Part shown: piece after piece, positions 26,343 to 36,141 of the stretch
Position numbering within the stretch: position 1 is the stretch's first letter
Layout of the letters: the number at the start of each line of letters is the position of its first letter
Assembly: GCA_964357615.1 (NCBI GenBank)
Contig: CAYHMC010000008.1
Location: 1-61,371, forward strand
Origin: an uncultured Candidatus Saccharibacteria bacterium
GTDB taxonomy: Bacteria; Patescibacteriota; Minisyncoccia; UBA6257; JACOXY01
DNA length: 61,371 nt
Direction of reading: 5' to 3'
Position numbers and translations under genes: made by a program
Notes under the pieces: model-generated
The model's database searches: none
The model's input: only the letters and a program-made list of their open reading frames with translations
What the model was told of the DNA's origin: nothing

Positions 26343-26379
26343 CGGGCCGTAGGGCCGACGCAAAGGTCGGCCTCCCGAC
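26343..26379 (+). other. tRNA-Pro-derived remnant or mini-helix
   Basis: CGGGCCGTAG matches the first 10 nt of tRNA-Pro(CGG). GGCCGAC gcaaag GTCGGCC is a hairpin. The 3' part TCGGCCTCCCGAC resembles the tRNA-Pro 3' end. Confidence 0.3.
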
Positions 26380-26390
26380 TTTCTATTTTA

Positions 26391-26418
26391 TTGAAATATT
26401 GAAACGTCGGGATATAAT
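26391..26418 (+). promoter_or_regulatory. sigma70-like promoter of tRNA-Pro(GGG)
   Basis: TTGAAA, a 16-nt spacer, then TATAAT, ending 10 nt before the tRNA. Confidence 0.55.
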
Positions 26419-26428
26419 GTTGATATAT

Positions 26429-26499
26429 CGGAGTATGGGGTAGTGGTAGCCCACGTGCATGGGGTGCATGCAGCTTCGGTTCGATTCCGGATACTCCGA
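26429..26499 (+). tRNA. tRNA-Pro (anticodon GGG)
   Basis: Hand fold: acceptor CGGAGTA/TACTCCG, U8, A14, anticodon loop ATGGGGT with G37, T arm TTCGG-TTCGATT-CCGGA. No encoded CCA. Confidence 0.85.
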
Positions 26500-26521
26500 C
26501 AAATATCAAAATAAAATATAT

Positions 26522-26899
26522 ATGAAAATATGGATTGATGACCAAATAAATGATCCCGAAACACCAAGACGCCACACGCCAGACGGCTATGTTGGAGTTA
26601 CAAATTTTGATCAATTTAAAGAAACTTTAGAAACTGCAATAGCAAAGGGAGAGCCAATTGAAGTAATAGATTTTGATAATGATTTGGGAACTGGCGAAAA
26701 AGAAGGACATGAAATTTTATCCTGGCTCGCAGATAATTATCCAGAAATTATTTTGGGAGATACTAAAATAGAAATACATTCAGCAAATCCTATAGAACGT
26801 GAAGCTATGAAAAAGCAACTCGAATCTTATGAAAGAAACAGAGAAATAATGCTTAGCGCTAAGGATCGCGAATCTCCTTGGAAGGAAGCAGAAAAGTAA
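26522..26899 (+). CDS. receiver-fold protein, cREC-like (tentative)
   Basis: KIWIDDQ...VIDFDNDLG...GHEILSWL...IEIHSANP pattern. The ORF-track start at 26459 lies inside tRNA-Pro, so the ATG at 26522 is used. Confidence 0.5.
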   Translation: MKIWIDDQINDPETPRRHTPDGYVGVTNFDQFKETLETAIAKGEPIEVIDFDNDLGTGEKEGHEILSWLADNYPEIILGDTKIEIHSANPIEREAMKKQLESYERNREIMLSAKDRESPWKEAEK

Positions 26900-26908
26900 A
26901 AATTATTA

Positions 26909-27310
26909 CTATATATTTTCGTAGTGATTTAAAGTGCAATTTTTCAAAAGCTCTGACTCATTTAGTTCTATATAATTATTTGGCAGTGTTATAGCTATAG
27001 CATCCAATCTCCATCCCCTTTTATTGTTAATTAAATTTTCTTTTTCTCCAGCAAATAATTGAGCAGTGCGCTTAAATTTTTGAATCTTCGCCTCAGACAT
27101 TTGATCTTCTGGTTTAAGCGAATCTCCATATCCCTCTTTCATTGTTTTAACTTCCACAAAAACTAAAGTTTTATCTTTATAAATAGCTATGATATCAATT
27201 TCTCCCCACGGTTTCCGATAATTACGCTCTAAAATTTTGTATTTTTTACTTAAAAGATATTTGACTGCAAGTTCTTCGCCTAGATTTCCCAATTCAGATC
27301 TTTTGGTCAT
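26909..27310 (-). CDS. yraN: YraN family (UPF0102) endonuclease-like protein
   Basis: [12 protein letters not shown]...GEIDIIA...LVFVEVKT pattern. Confidence 0.75.
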   Translation of the reverse strand: MTKRSELGNLGEELAVKYLLSKKYKILERNYRKPWGEIDIIAIYKDKTLVFVEVKTMKEGYGDSLKPEDQMSEAKIQKFKRTAQLFAGEKENLINNKRGWRLDAIAITLPNNYIELNESELLKNCTLNHYENI

Positions 27311-27313
27311 ATA

Positions 27314-28558
27314 TTATTCATATCTAAGAGCTTCGATTGGACTCTTTTTTGATGCTTGTCTTGCAGGATAAATTCCAAAAACTAAACCAACTAATGCTGA
27401 TACAATTAATCCTAAAATTGCTGCGCCAGTTGGAAAGACAAAAACCCAATTAAGATTCGCATAATTAGTTAAAATTATTGCAGCGATGTAACCAAAGAGT
27501 GACCCAAGCATTATGCCAATAAACCCGCCTATACCAGTAAGCATTATTGCTTCTAATAAAAACTGATTTAAGATATCTTTATTGGTGGCACCGAGAGCTT
27601 TTCTTAAACCTATCTCACGAGTGCGTTCGGTAACCGAAACTAACATAATATTCATAACTCCGATTCCAGCAACAACAAGAGCAATTGCTACGACAGACGA
27701 AAGAAAAGTTGTAAGAGCACCAATAATTGTTTGAATTTGCTTAATTGCTGCTTGCTGAGTAACTATAAAAAAATCATCCTTACTTGGATCTGTTATATTG
27801 TGAGATTCACGCAGAGTAAACTCAATATCTTTTACTGTTCCCTCTACTGCTTCTGGAGACGAAGCCTTGAGTATTATTTCGTGATAATGATCTATGCCAA
27901 GCAAATAAGTTTGAGCTGTTGAATATGGTATAAGAACTATTTCATCAAAATTTAAAAATGATACTTGACCCTTTGGAGGGAGAACGGCTTGAACTCTAAA
28001 TTTTTTGCCTTTTAAAGTAATGCTTTCGCCAACTGCATCAGAAAGACCAAAAAGCTTTTCTTTAACTTTTGAACCAATTACGGCAACACTCGCCTTTTCC
28101 CTAATTGCATTTTCATCGAAAAAGCTTCCGGACTCTGGATACAAATCAAATGCTTCGGCAAAAAATTCAATTGAAGCGCCGATTATTTGAGGACTATAAG
28201 TTTCGCTTTTATATGAAGCACTACCCGGGACCAAAAGAACTGGCATTATATCAACCATTTCAGGTACATTTGATTTCTTCTTTAGCAATTCCAAATCTTT
28301 TAATCTAAGAGAATCAGCGAATAATGTTCCACCAATGTCTGATGGGCCTTTTGGTTCTCGTCCGGGACGGATAACAATTGTTTCAGTCCCAAGTCCACCT
28401 ATTTCTCCCAAAATTAGATTTTCAGCACCTGAGCCGATTGATACCATTAACATTATTCCGGTTATTCCAATTACAATACCAAGCACCGTAAGGGCTGATC
28501 TTGATTTATGGGAAGTAATACCACTTATTGCTATTTTTAAGGTATGTTTTAATGACAT
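27314..28558 (-). CDS. ABC transporter permease (MacB/FtsX-like)
   Basis: An N-terminal TM segment, a large extracytoplasmic domain and a C-terminal FtsX-type 3-TM bundle. Adjacent to the ATPase. Confidence 0.8.
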   Translation of the reverse strand: MSLKHTLKIAISGITSHKSRSALTVLGIVIGITGIMLMVSIGSGAENLILGEIGGLGTETIVIRPGREPKGPSDIGGTLFADSLRLKDLELLKKKSNVPEMVDIMPVLLVPGSASYKSETYSPQIIGASIEFFAEAFDLYPESGSFFDENAIREKASVAVIGSKVKEKLFGLSDAVGESITLKGKKFRVQAVLPPKGQVSFLNFDEIVLIPYSTAQTYLLGIDHYHEIILKASSPEAVEGTVKDIEFTLRESHNITDPSKDDFFIVTQQAAIKQIQTIIGALTTFLSSVVAIALVVAGIGVMNIMLVSVTERTREIGLRKALGATNKDILNQFLLEAIMLTGIGGFIGIMLGSLFGYIAAIILTNYANLNWVFVFPTGAAILGLIVSALVGLVFGIYPARQASKKSPIEALRYE

Positions 28559-28570
28559 ATAAATAAGGTC

Positions 28571-29290
28571 TTATTTACGAAAAAATTCTTTAGCATTATG
28601 TCTGTGAACAACTTTTTTATCACTAACTATTTGGCCGTCTTTTAGCTCTATAATTCTCTCTGCATGCTCTGCTGTATATGTCTCGTGGGTAATAAGCACA
28701 ACTGTGTGTCCCTTATCCTCGCTTAAACCTTGAAGTATTTCCATTATGACTCGCCCAGATTTTGAATCCAAATTTCCAGTGGGCTCATCAGCAAATATAA
28801 CTTCTGGTTGCATTACTAGTGCTCTTGCAATAGCAACTCTTTGTTTTTCTCCGCCAGATAACTGGGATGATTCATGATTAATTCTGTGATTTAACCCAAC
28901 TGATTCAATTGCATCTTTTGCTTTTTTATCCCAAAGTTTTTCAGGTATACTTGAATAAACTAGTGGCAACTTAACATTATCGAGAACTGTGGTTCTAGCT
29001 AACAAATTAAATGCCTGAAACACAAAGCCCATTTTAGTGTTTCTAATTTTAGCAAGCGCATCCTCTCCGTAATCATCAATAGTCTTGCCATCAAACTTAT
29101 ATACTCCCCTAGTATGCCTATCTAAAAAGCCTAAAATATGTAGTAGGGTTGATTTGCCACACCCAGAAGGACCAATAACAGCCACGAATTCGCCTTTCTC
29201 TATTGAAAAAGTGGCATCAGAAAGCGCCACTGTTTCAGACTCTCCAGGATTATATACTTTGCTTAATTCGTGAACCTCAATAATAGACAT
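28571..29290 (-). CDS. ABC transporter ATP-binding protein (MacB/LolD-like)
   Basis: Walker A GPSGCGKST, signature LSGGEKQR, Walker B VIFADEPT. Confidence 0.9.
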   Translation of the reverse strand: MSIIEVHELSKVYNPGESETVALSDATFSIEKGEFVAVIGPSGCGKSTLLHILGFLDRHTRGVYKFDGKTIDDYGEDALAKIRNTKMGFVFQAFNLLARTTVLDNVKLPLVYSSIPEKLWDKKAKDAIESVGLNHRINHESSQLSGGEKQRVAIARALVMQPEVIFADEPTGNLDSKSGRVIMEILQGLSEDKGHTVVLITHETYTAEHAERIIELKDGQIVSDKKVVHRHNAKEFFRK

Positions 29291-29295
29291 GGGAT

Positions 29296-30852
29296 TTAAT
29301 TCTGAACAATTTCATCTCCTTCTTTTATTCCAGTGAGTATCTCTATATCTCCCCTTGAACCCTTAAGTCCTGTAGTAATGCTTACCTCGCTTACCAACTC
29401 ACCATCTTTAATTTGAGCAAATTTTCCACCATCTTTTATAATAACAAAGCGTTGTGGAATTGTAATAACATTTTCACGCCTCGCTGTTTCAATATCAATA
29501 TTAGCGGTCATCCCAGATTTAATTCTGTTATCATTTTCTGTAAAATAAAAAACGGTTTTGTATGTAGGAACACCTTCGATAACTGTTTCGCCGGGATTAA
29601 TAAAAATAACTTTTGCTTCAAAGATTTCGTCGCTACCATAAGCGTCAAGCGTCACCCTTGCCAAATCAGAAACATCAACTTTTGTTAAATCAGCTTCTGG
29701 TAAATATGCCTCTATCTCAAAAGCCGAATCTGCTAAAACTGATATTACTGGGACATTGACCGAAACACTCTCGCCAATTTTAGCATCTTGCTTAGAAACA
29801 ATTCCATTAAATGGAGCTCGTATAATTGTTTTTGATAATTCAGCTTCAGCACTCTCTACGCGAGCTTTAGAATAAAGTAGTTGCGCTTCCTGAGCTTTAA
29901 TTTCTTCGCTCGATGCACCTGCCAATTTTAAATTAAGCTCGCTTTGAATTCTTTGGATAGTAAGTTTTTGGCTTTGTATAGCTTGTTCTAGATTTTCCAA
30001 GTCTTCAGATGCTCCAATTATATTTGCTCTTGCGGAGCTGATATTAGTTCTATAAGTGTTTAATGAAGTGTTATTAATTGTACACCCCGTAACAAGAGTG
30101 TCATTAATTTTTTGCAAAAGATTTCTCACAACAGTCAAATTATTTTTGGAATGAATTAAAACTAAATCTAATTCAGATTTTGGCGACGATATTGTTACTT
30201 TATTTATTTCGGCTTTCCAACCGTCCAACACATCTTCGCTTTGCAATCTTAAGCTACTCGCTTCTGACTCAGAACTATTAGCGCATGTGGTGTAGGTAAA
30301 TTGATAGGCACTTGTTTTATATCCAGAAAAAATTCCAGCTGTTTTTATTCTCGTAGCATCATCAGCAACAATATATGCATTTTCGGCAGTATTTTTAATA
30401 TCGCTATAATAATTACTAAGATCATTTACCGACTTATCTAATTCTGATTGCTTAACTTGCAAGTCTTCTTTTCTTGCTCCCCTAAGTAATTCATCAAGTT
30501 TTACTTCTTCAACTTTTAGTTGTGCTTTTGATTGATTTAAAACTGAAGACGCATCACCATTTGATAATGATACTAACTGCTCGCCAGTTACTACGCGGTC
30601 CCCAACATTTACATAAACATTTGAAACTTTCCCAGATTTCTCAAACGACAAATCAGCAGACATTCTAGATTTAACTTTGCCAGTTACGCTAACTTCTTGA
30701 ACGACATTACCCAAAACAGCCTTAACTATATTAACATTTGATTTATCATCTCCTTTAAAATATTGATATGATATTACAATTAAAATAATCGCGATTAACG
30801 ATGTTGCATATGGCTTGCTTTTTATTAATTTTTTTAGTCTTTCTAATTTCAT
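29296..30852 (-). CDS. HlyD/MacA-type periplasmic adaptor with a long coiled-coil
   Basis: N-terminal TM segment, lipoyl-like and beta-barrel segments, and an extended helical region. Same operon as the ABC pair. Confidence 0.75.
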   Translation of the reverse strand: MKLERLKKLIKSKPYATSLIAIILIVISYQYFKGDDKSNVNIVKAVLGNVVQEVSVTGKVKSRMSADLSFEKSGKVSNVYVNVGDRVVTGEQLVSLSNGDASSVLNQSKAQLKVEEVKLDELLRGARKEDLQVKQSELDKSVNDLSNYYSDIKNTAENAYIVADDATRIKTAGIFSGYKTSAYQFTYTTCANSSESEASSLRLQSEDVLDGWKAEINKVTISSPKSELDLVLIHSKNNLTVVRNLLQKINDTLVTGCTINNTSLNTYRTNISSARANIIGASEDLENLEQAIQSQKLTIQRIQSELNLKLAGASSEEIKAQEAQLLYSKARVESAEAELSKTIIRAPFNGIVSKQDAKIGESVSVNVPVISVLADSAFEIEAYLPEADLTKVDVSDLARVTLDAYGSDEIFEAKVIFINPGETVIEGVPTYKTVFYFTENDNRIKSGMTANIDIETARRENVITIPQRFVIIKDGGKFAQIKDGELVSEVSITTGLKGSRGDIEILTGIKEGDEIVQN

Positions 30853-30898
30853 GGAGGTATTTTAATTAATCTAATAATACATTAAAAAATCATTTTTT

Positions 30899-30930
30899 TC
30901 AAGAAAAATAAAGGAGCTCGTGAGAGCTCC
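30899..30930 (-). terminator. intrinsic terminator downstream of trpD
   Basis: GGAGCTC gtga GAGCTCC followed on the minus strand by TTTATTTTTCTT. Confidence 0.6.
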
Positions 30931-31074
30931 GGGAATGTGGTTGTGGACGACTAGTTATAGTCATTGGTGCGCGATGTGCGCGGTGGTGATGGGGTGTGAT
31001 CCCATTTAATGTTTGGGTATTAAATTATCAAGGTATCCCAAATATTATACACCAATATATTACTCTGCAAAACC

Positions 31075-32124
31075 TTAAGCTGTGGATAACTCAGAAGAAA
31101 ACTCCCTAAGTAGTTTTAGCTTCGCTAGTGCGCTACCTGAATATAGAGAATTCCTTGCCATTTCTAAACCATCTCTCAAATTTATGGCTAAATCAGATAC
31201 GACTATCGCAGCAGATGCATTAAGTAACGCAATATCCTGATATGAGCTTGAAATTTTTGTACCCAAACAATCAGAAATTATTTTAGCGTTATCAGAAACT
31301 CTGCCCCCTCTAATTTCATTAATTGATACTTTTTTAATTCCAAGGTCCTCAGGAAAAACTCCATAATGAGTAATAATTCCAAAATTTAAATCAGCAACTT
31401 CTGTAGCGCCTATAGTAGAAAACTCATCCAAGCCACCTTCGCCACAGACAACATATGCTCGTCTTGATCCTATTTTTTTTAATACCCTACATAACATCTT
31501 TGTCCATTTTGGCTCATAAACTCCTAAGACTTGTCGCTCAACTCTTGCTGGATTGATTAGTGGTCCAAGAAGATTGAAAACTGTTCTTTCGCCTATTTCT
31601 TTTCTAATCTGTGAAACATATTGAAAAGTTCTATGGTGAAATGGTGCGTATATAAATCCGATACCAACTTCATCTATACAACGAGCTACGGAATTTGGAT
31701 TTAAATATATGTTTATTCCAAGTTCTCTTAGTACATCAGAACTGCCACACTGCGAAGTAATTTTTGAATTTCCATGTTTTGCAACTTTTACTCCAGCGCC
31801 AGCAGCAATAAAAGCTGCAGTAGTAGAAACATTAAATGTATTGGTTTTATCTCCGCCAGTTCCGCAGACATCAACCAGTTTATCAGATTTTGCTTTAACT
31901 CTAATACTATCTTTGCGTAATGCACGCGCAAATCCAGCAAGCTCTTCAGCCGTTACACCTTTTTTATTTAAAGATAGAAGAAGTTTTTTAACTAAAGGAA
32001 GTGGAACATTGCGCCTCGAGATTTGACTCATGAGCACATAAGCTTCGGCCTCGTCAAAATTTTTACCATTTAATAATTTTGATATGACTTCGTTTAATTT
32101 TCTTGTCTTTCGTAGATACCACAT
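31075..32124 (-). CDS. trpD: anthranilate phosphoribosyltransferase family protein
   Basis: CGTGGDKTNTFNVST and AKHGNSKITSQCGSSDVL motifs. Confidence 0.8.
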   Translation of the reverse strand: MWYLRKTRKLNEVISKLLNGKNFDEAEAYVLMSQISRRNVPLPLVKKLLLSLNKKGVTAEELAGFARALRKDSIRVKAKSDKLVDVCGTGGDKTNTFNVSTTAAFIAAGAGVKVAKHGNSKITSQCGSSDVLRELGINIYLNPNSVARCIDEVGIGFIYAPFHHRTFQYVSQIRKEIGERTVFNLLGPLINPARVERQVLGVYEPKWTKMLCRVLKKIGSRRAYVVCGEGGLDEFSTIGATEVADLNFGIITHYGVFPEDLGIKKVSINEIRGGRVSDNAKIISDCLGTKISSSYQDIALLNASAAIVVSDLAINLRDGLEMARNSLYSGSALAKLKLLREFSSELSTA

Positions 32125-32127
32125 CTA

Positions 32128-33195
32128 CTATCCCGCTGCCTTTACTAATCCACGACTTACCATTTCATCTATGGCCTGCCCCACCATCGGCGAGTCACTT
32201 GAACGATCAAGCCCAACTAAAAATCTCACACCATCCATAGTTTTAAATGAATGGATATTAGAAAGATTTACTCCGACCCCAGCAAAAATTCCAGTTATAG
32301 CGGCTAGAAGTCCAGGTCTATCGTCAACAATATTTAAAGTAACTTGATGTTTATTAGATCTATCAGAAAGTAATTGACTAAGCTCTTCAAAAAGTCCATA
32401 AGCTTCGTCTAAAACATCTTCGCCAAAATGCTCTCTGCTTAAAACAAATTGTTCCAAAAATTTCTCGCGATTTCCCTCGGTAACTGTTTCAGTAAATTTA
32501 CTTAGCTCATTTTGTGCCTGACTTAAAACATGTGGCACATGAGGATTTAACATTTGTATATCAGCATAAAGATTAGGGTCTTGTTTTAATATGCGCCCAA
32601 TTAAACTTAGTGCGATTTTATAAACTGGACTAGCGAAACTTAGACTCTCATTAATATCTTCTCCTAAAGATTGCATTGTGGCTGCCATCGTTAACTGCAT
32701 AGAGTGAATTAAGCCATGAATAATCGCCATTGCACGATCGTGTCTTGTGGGACTACAAATTTTACTAGAAGCTCCACTCCAAACAAGAAATCGATTCGTC
32801 CAATCACTCCAATCATTAAGTCGCATTGGACAAACAACGACAACCTGACCACGAAGAGATTTTGCAGTTGGAGCACACATGGGATGAAGCCCAACTACTT
32901 CAGCATTTGATTTAAGCATCGACTGAATTGGAGCTACCTTAATGGAAGTAACATCCATCCAAAGCTGATCAAATCTTGAATACGGGACAAGCTTCTCGAT
33001 AACTGCACAGACCTCTCTTGGAGGGACTGAGAAAACCACTATGTCTGACCTATTTACGATATCTCTATTTTGCAAATCAATATCTTGGCTAATTCTTGAA
33101 TCTGAACCTATTACTGTACACCCAAAATCTATAAATAATCGCTCTAAAAATTGACCATACTTACCTCTAATTCCTATTATGCCAACCGTTTTCAT
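32128..33195 (-). CDS. tyrA: prephenate dehydrogenase with a C-terminal ACT-like domain
   Basis: Rossmann N-terminus VGIIGIRGKYG and the VVGLHPMCAP motif. The C-terminal ~80 aa are ACT-like. Confidence 0.75.
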   Translation of the reverse strand: MKTVGIIGIRGKYGQFLERLFIDFGCTVIGSDSRISQDIDLQNRDIVNRSDIVVFSVPPREVCAVIEKLVPYSRFDQLWMDVTSIKVAPIQSMLKSNAEVVGLHPMCAPTAKSLRGQVVVVCPMRLNDWSDWTNRFLVWSGASSKICSPTRHDRAMAIIHGLIHSMQLTMAATMQSLGEDINESLSFASPVYKIALSLIGRILKQDPNLYADIQMLNPHVPHVLSQAQNELSKFTETVTEGNREKFLEQFVLSREHFGEDVLDEAYGLFEELSQLLSDRSNKHQVTLNIVDDRPGLLAAITGIFAGVGVNLSNIHSFKTMDGVRFLVGLDRSSDSPMVGQAIDEMVSRGLVKAAG

Positions 33196-33302
33196 TCTTA
33201 CCCTGCTTATTTAATTATTATTTTGCTTTGCAAAACATATCATAGGTGAATATGTATGTAAAACTAAAAATGAGTCTAGCAAAAAATAGATATTATTTTG
33301 AT

Positions 33303-33376
33303 TGGTCGGGCCGCCGAGAATCGGACTCGGTCTATACGCACCCGAAGCGTATGTACTACCGGTATACTACGGCCCG
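33303..33376 (-). tRNA. tRNA-Pro (anticodon CGG), CCA encoded
   Basis: Hand fold: acceptor CGGGCCG/CGGCCCG, anticodon loop TTCGGGT. The T arm CCGAG-TCCGATT-CTCGG has an unusual C at position 55. The 3' end reads ACCA. Confidence 0.85.
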
Positions 33377-33387
33377 AAATTTAAAAA

Positions 33388-33861
33388 TTAATGCTTAATG
33401 TCTGGATCCTTTCCTAGAGTCTCATCCATTGCTGCTATTTTTTCAAAAAGATACATTGTCTCTAAGCGCTTAAGTTCCTCGGGTAAAGCATCGCCCACAA
33501 TTTTTTCATCATCAAGCTGAACAGTTTTTCTCCACATTGCCTCTAATTCTCTGATTGCTTCCTCATCAACGAAGTGTCTAATCTTTCCTTCATTATCAAA
33601 TTCTCTTACTAGATTTGGTTCGCCAGTCACTTTATCATAAATTGTTTCTACGAGTAATCTCTCACCCTCTGTCATAGCGCGCCTTTCAATAATTTTTGTT
33701 TCTTTATTTATGTATTCTGATACTTCTCTACCTTCTTTAGTTTTGTAACGATCTAAAAAATAGCGACCATAGTCTTCGCGCGGTAAACTTTCCATACCAA
33801 GTCGGTCACGAATCTCACCAATAGATTCTTGCCGATTATTTTGTGGTTGTAGTTTTTCCAT
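33388..33861 (-). CDS. hypothetical protein
   Basis: 157-aa charged ORF overlapping the upstream methyltransferase by 26 nt. Confidence 0.5.
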   Translation of the reverse strand: MEKLQPQNNRQESIGEIRDRLGMESLPREDYGRYFLDRYKTKEGREVSEYINKETKIIERRAMTEGERLLVETIYDKVTGEPNLVREFDNEGKIRHFVDEEAIRELEAMWRKTVQLDDEKIVGDALPEELKRLETMYLFEKIAAMDETLGKDPDIKH

Positions 33862-34489
33862 TTTTTTTAATTACAATTCCTCCATCTTCTATTTCCTCAA
33901 TGACATATCCAGAATCAACTAACCAGCTAGAAGCTTCTTCATTTAAAATTGACTCCTCTATATTTTGTTCATTTTCAATGGTTTTTGGACCAATATATAT
34001 AATTCCGTTATCCTTAATAACTCTGGCCATTTCTTTTACCGCGTTTAATTTACCATTTTTACTATCAATATAATACGGGGAAGAAAATAAAGAAACTATC
34101 TTATCAAATGATTTATCCTTAAATGGTAACTCTTGTGACCTACCAGCTACAGATTTTTTCTGCCATTCTAGCAATGCCCCATCTTTAATAATTTCTTCTT
34201 TAGCCCAATCTCTTACATTTTCTTGCTGTAGGGCTGGATTTAAAGACACAACTTCAGCATTATATACGCTAGCTTCTTTTGAGAATCGCTCTAGCTTCCC
34301 AGAACCTAAGTCTAGGATTTTATTACCCATAAGTTCTTCTGGTTTTAAATTAAAATATCTGCAATAATCCTCGAGATCATTATCAGTAAGTGGCGAGGTG
34401 GTTTCACTCATCTTATCAAGCACCTCACTAATTCTTTCGATTCTTTCCTCTTGTTGCTTACCATCAAAATTATCAAGATTATTTAACAT
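33836..34489 (-). CDS. class I SAM-dependent methyltransferase
   Basis: Motif I ILDLGSGKLE. Confidence 0.65.
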   Translation of the reverse strand: MLNNLDNFDGKQQEERIERISEVLDKMSETTSPLTDNDLEDYCRYFNLKPEELMGNKILDLGSGKLERFSKEASVYNAEVVSLNPALQQENVRDWAKEEIIKDGALLEWQKKSVAGRSQELPFKDKSFDKIVSLFSSPYYIDSKNGKLNAVKEMARVIKDNGIIYIGPKTIENEQNIEESILNEEASSWLVDSGYVIEEIEDGGIVIKKNGKTTTTK

Positions 34490-36032
34490 AATATTGTTTT
34501 TTTATTTTTTTCTCTTCATTGCTTTCAAATTCATCTTTAGTTCCCTTGGCTTTCTTAGCAAAATCTTGCAATTTAGTATTTTCAAGTTTTCCTAATTCAA
34601 TAGTTCTCTCTTCTAAATATTTTTTTATATTCTTTTTTGGATCCTCTATTACTTCTTCCAGAAGAATACTTAAAATTGCTCCAATTTTTGGACTGGGGGA
34701 AATATTTAAAATTTTCATAATATCATCTCCCTTAACTACTAGCATCTTTGGACTAATAGGATCTCTTTTTACCTTTTCAATCATAAACAAAAGATGCCTT
34801 AGTTTATATGGAACTGCCTTTGGAACTCCAGAGCCAATTCTATCTGCCTCACGAACCTTAATTAAATCTGGAATATTTTCTGGTCCGACGCGAGCCAAAA
34901 ATCTTCTTACACCAGCTGGGGTAACCTCTCCGACATTGTAATAAAAAAGATGGAACCTAACGAGATGAGCAACGCGTTCAATTAAATCTTTGCTAAAATG
35001 AAGGCGGTCAAGTATTTTAACCGTCATCTTTCCACCAATAACATCGTGTCCATAAAAAGTTGAATTTGGCCCTTCGCCATGTTTACTCCGAGGCTTTCCA
35101 ACATCATGCAAAAGCGATGCCAAACGGATATGAAATGGATAATCTTTTGAAACTGCGTAATCTAATGCTTTTAAGTTATGTTCCCAAACAGTAAAAATGT
35201 GATGTTTATTTTGTCCTACGCCAATCCCCTCCCGAAGCTCGGATATTACATATTTTAACAAACCAAAATCCTCGAGTGTTTGAACACCGTCTTTTGCACC
35301 ATTTGAAATAATGATTTTCTGAAACTCATCTCTAATTCGCTCTTTAGCAATAACTTCTAGCAATCCTGCGTGATGTAATATCGCCGCTCCTGTCTCACCT
35401 TCTATTTTAAAATTTAGTTCAGAAGCAAGCCTAACCGCTCGCATCATTCGCAATGCATCTTCTGTAAATCTTTCTTCGGGTTTACCAACTGCACGAATTA
35501 ATTTATTTTTTAAATCCTTTTCACCTCCAAAAGGATCAATCAATTCCAGATTCTTAAGAGCAATTTTTGTTTCGTTTTCAGAACTAGTTCCGTCAATTAT
35601 TAATTCTTTATTTGAAGTTTTTGTAACCAAGTCACCCCACCCTAGAGCCATGGCGTTTATTGAAAAATCTCGTCTTCCAAGGTCATCTTCGATTCGCTTT
35701 GTAAAAGTTATTGAATCTGGATGTCGCTTGTCTGTATACTTACCTTCTTTTCTAAAGGTTGTAACTTCTACGATTTGCTTTGTAATATTGTTATCTTTAT
35801 CAATTTGTTCAATTTTAACACCAACAGTTCCAAATTCATTTTCATATACACTGTCTGGAAAAAGCTTTTGAATCTCGTCTGGCTTCGCATTAGTTGTTAT
35901 GTCAAAGTCTTTTGGTTCTCGATTTAATAAAATATCGCGAACACAACCACCAACAAGATAGGCTTCGTAATTAGCCTTTCTTAAAACTCGCAAAACCTTA
36001 TTTACCTCTACAGGAATATGAATCTCTTTCAT
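34479..36032 (-). CDS. cca: CCA-adding enzyme / poly(A) polymerase family with an HD domain
   Basis: LVGGCVRDILL, DFDITT and the HD motif LLHDVGKP. Confidence 0.85.
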   Translation of the reverse strand: MKEIHIPVEVNKVLRVLRKANYEAYLVGGCVRDILLNREPKDFDITTNAKPDEIQKLFPDSVYENEFGTVGVKIEQIDKDNNITKQIVEVTTFRKEGKYTDKRHPDSITFTKRIEDDLGRRDFSINAMALGWGDLVTKTSNKELIIDGTSSENETKIALKNLELIDPFGGEKDLKNKLIRAVGKPEERFTEDALRMMRAVRLASELNFKIEGETGAAILHHAGLLEVIAKERIRDEFQKIIISNGAKDGVQTLEDFGLLKYVISELREGIGVGQNKHHIFTVWEHNLKALDYAVSKDYPFHIRLASLLHDVGKPRSKHGEGPNSTFYGHDVIGGKMTVKILDRLHFSKDLIERVAHLVRFHLFYYNVGEVTPAGVRRFLARVGPENIPDLIKVREADRIGSGVPKAVPYKLRHLLFMIEKVKRDPISPKMLVVKGDDIMKILNISPSPKIGAILSILLEEVIEDPKKNIKKYLEERTIELGKLENTKLQDFAKKAKGTKDEFESNEEKKIKKQYYVK

Positions 36033-36141
36033 AGATTTATTATAATAGCTTATTTTTCACTGGTTGACAATGACTTATCTATATGATATTATATTTTAAG
36101 CAAAAATTGAGCACGCGAAGCCACAGAAGAAAGGGGCTCGA

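Noticed and set aside
26333-26614. ORF 26333-26614 (minus) and the N-terminal 21 codons of ORF 26459-26899.
   Set aside because: Both run through tRNA-Pro(GGG) and its promoter.
30937-31011. Trp-rich 24-codon mini-ORF (MWLWTTSYSHWCAMCAVVMGCDPI) next to trpD that might be an attenuation leader peptide.
   Set aside because: It is on the opposite strand and lies downstream of the trpD 3' end, so it cannot act as a leader for trpD. It has no RBS.
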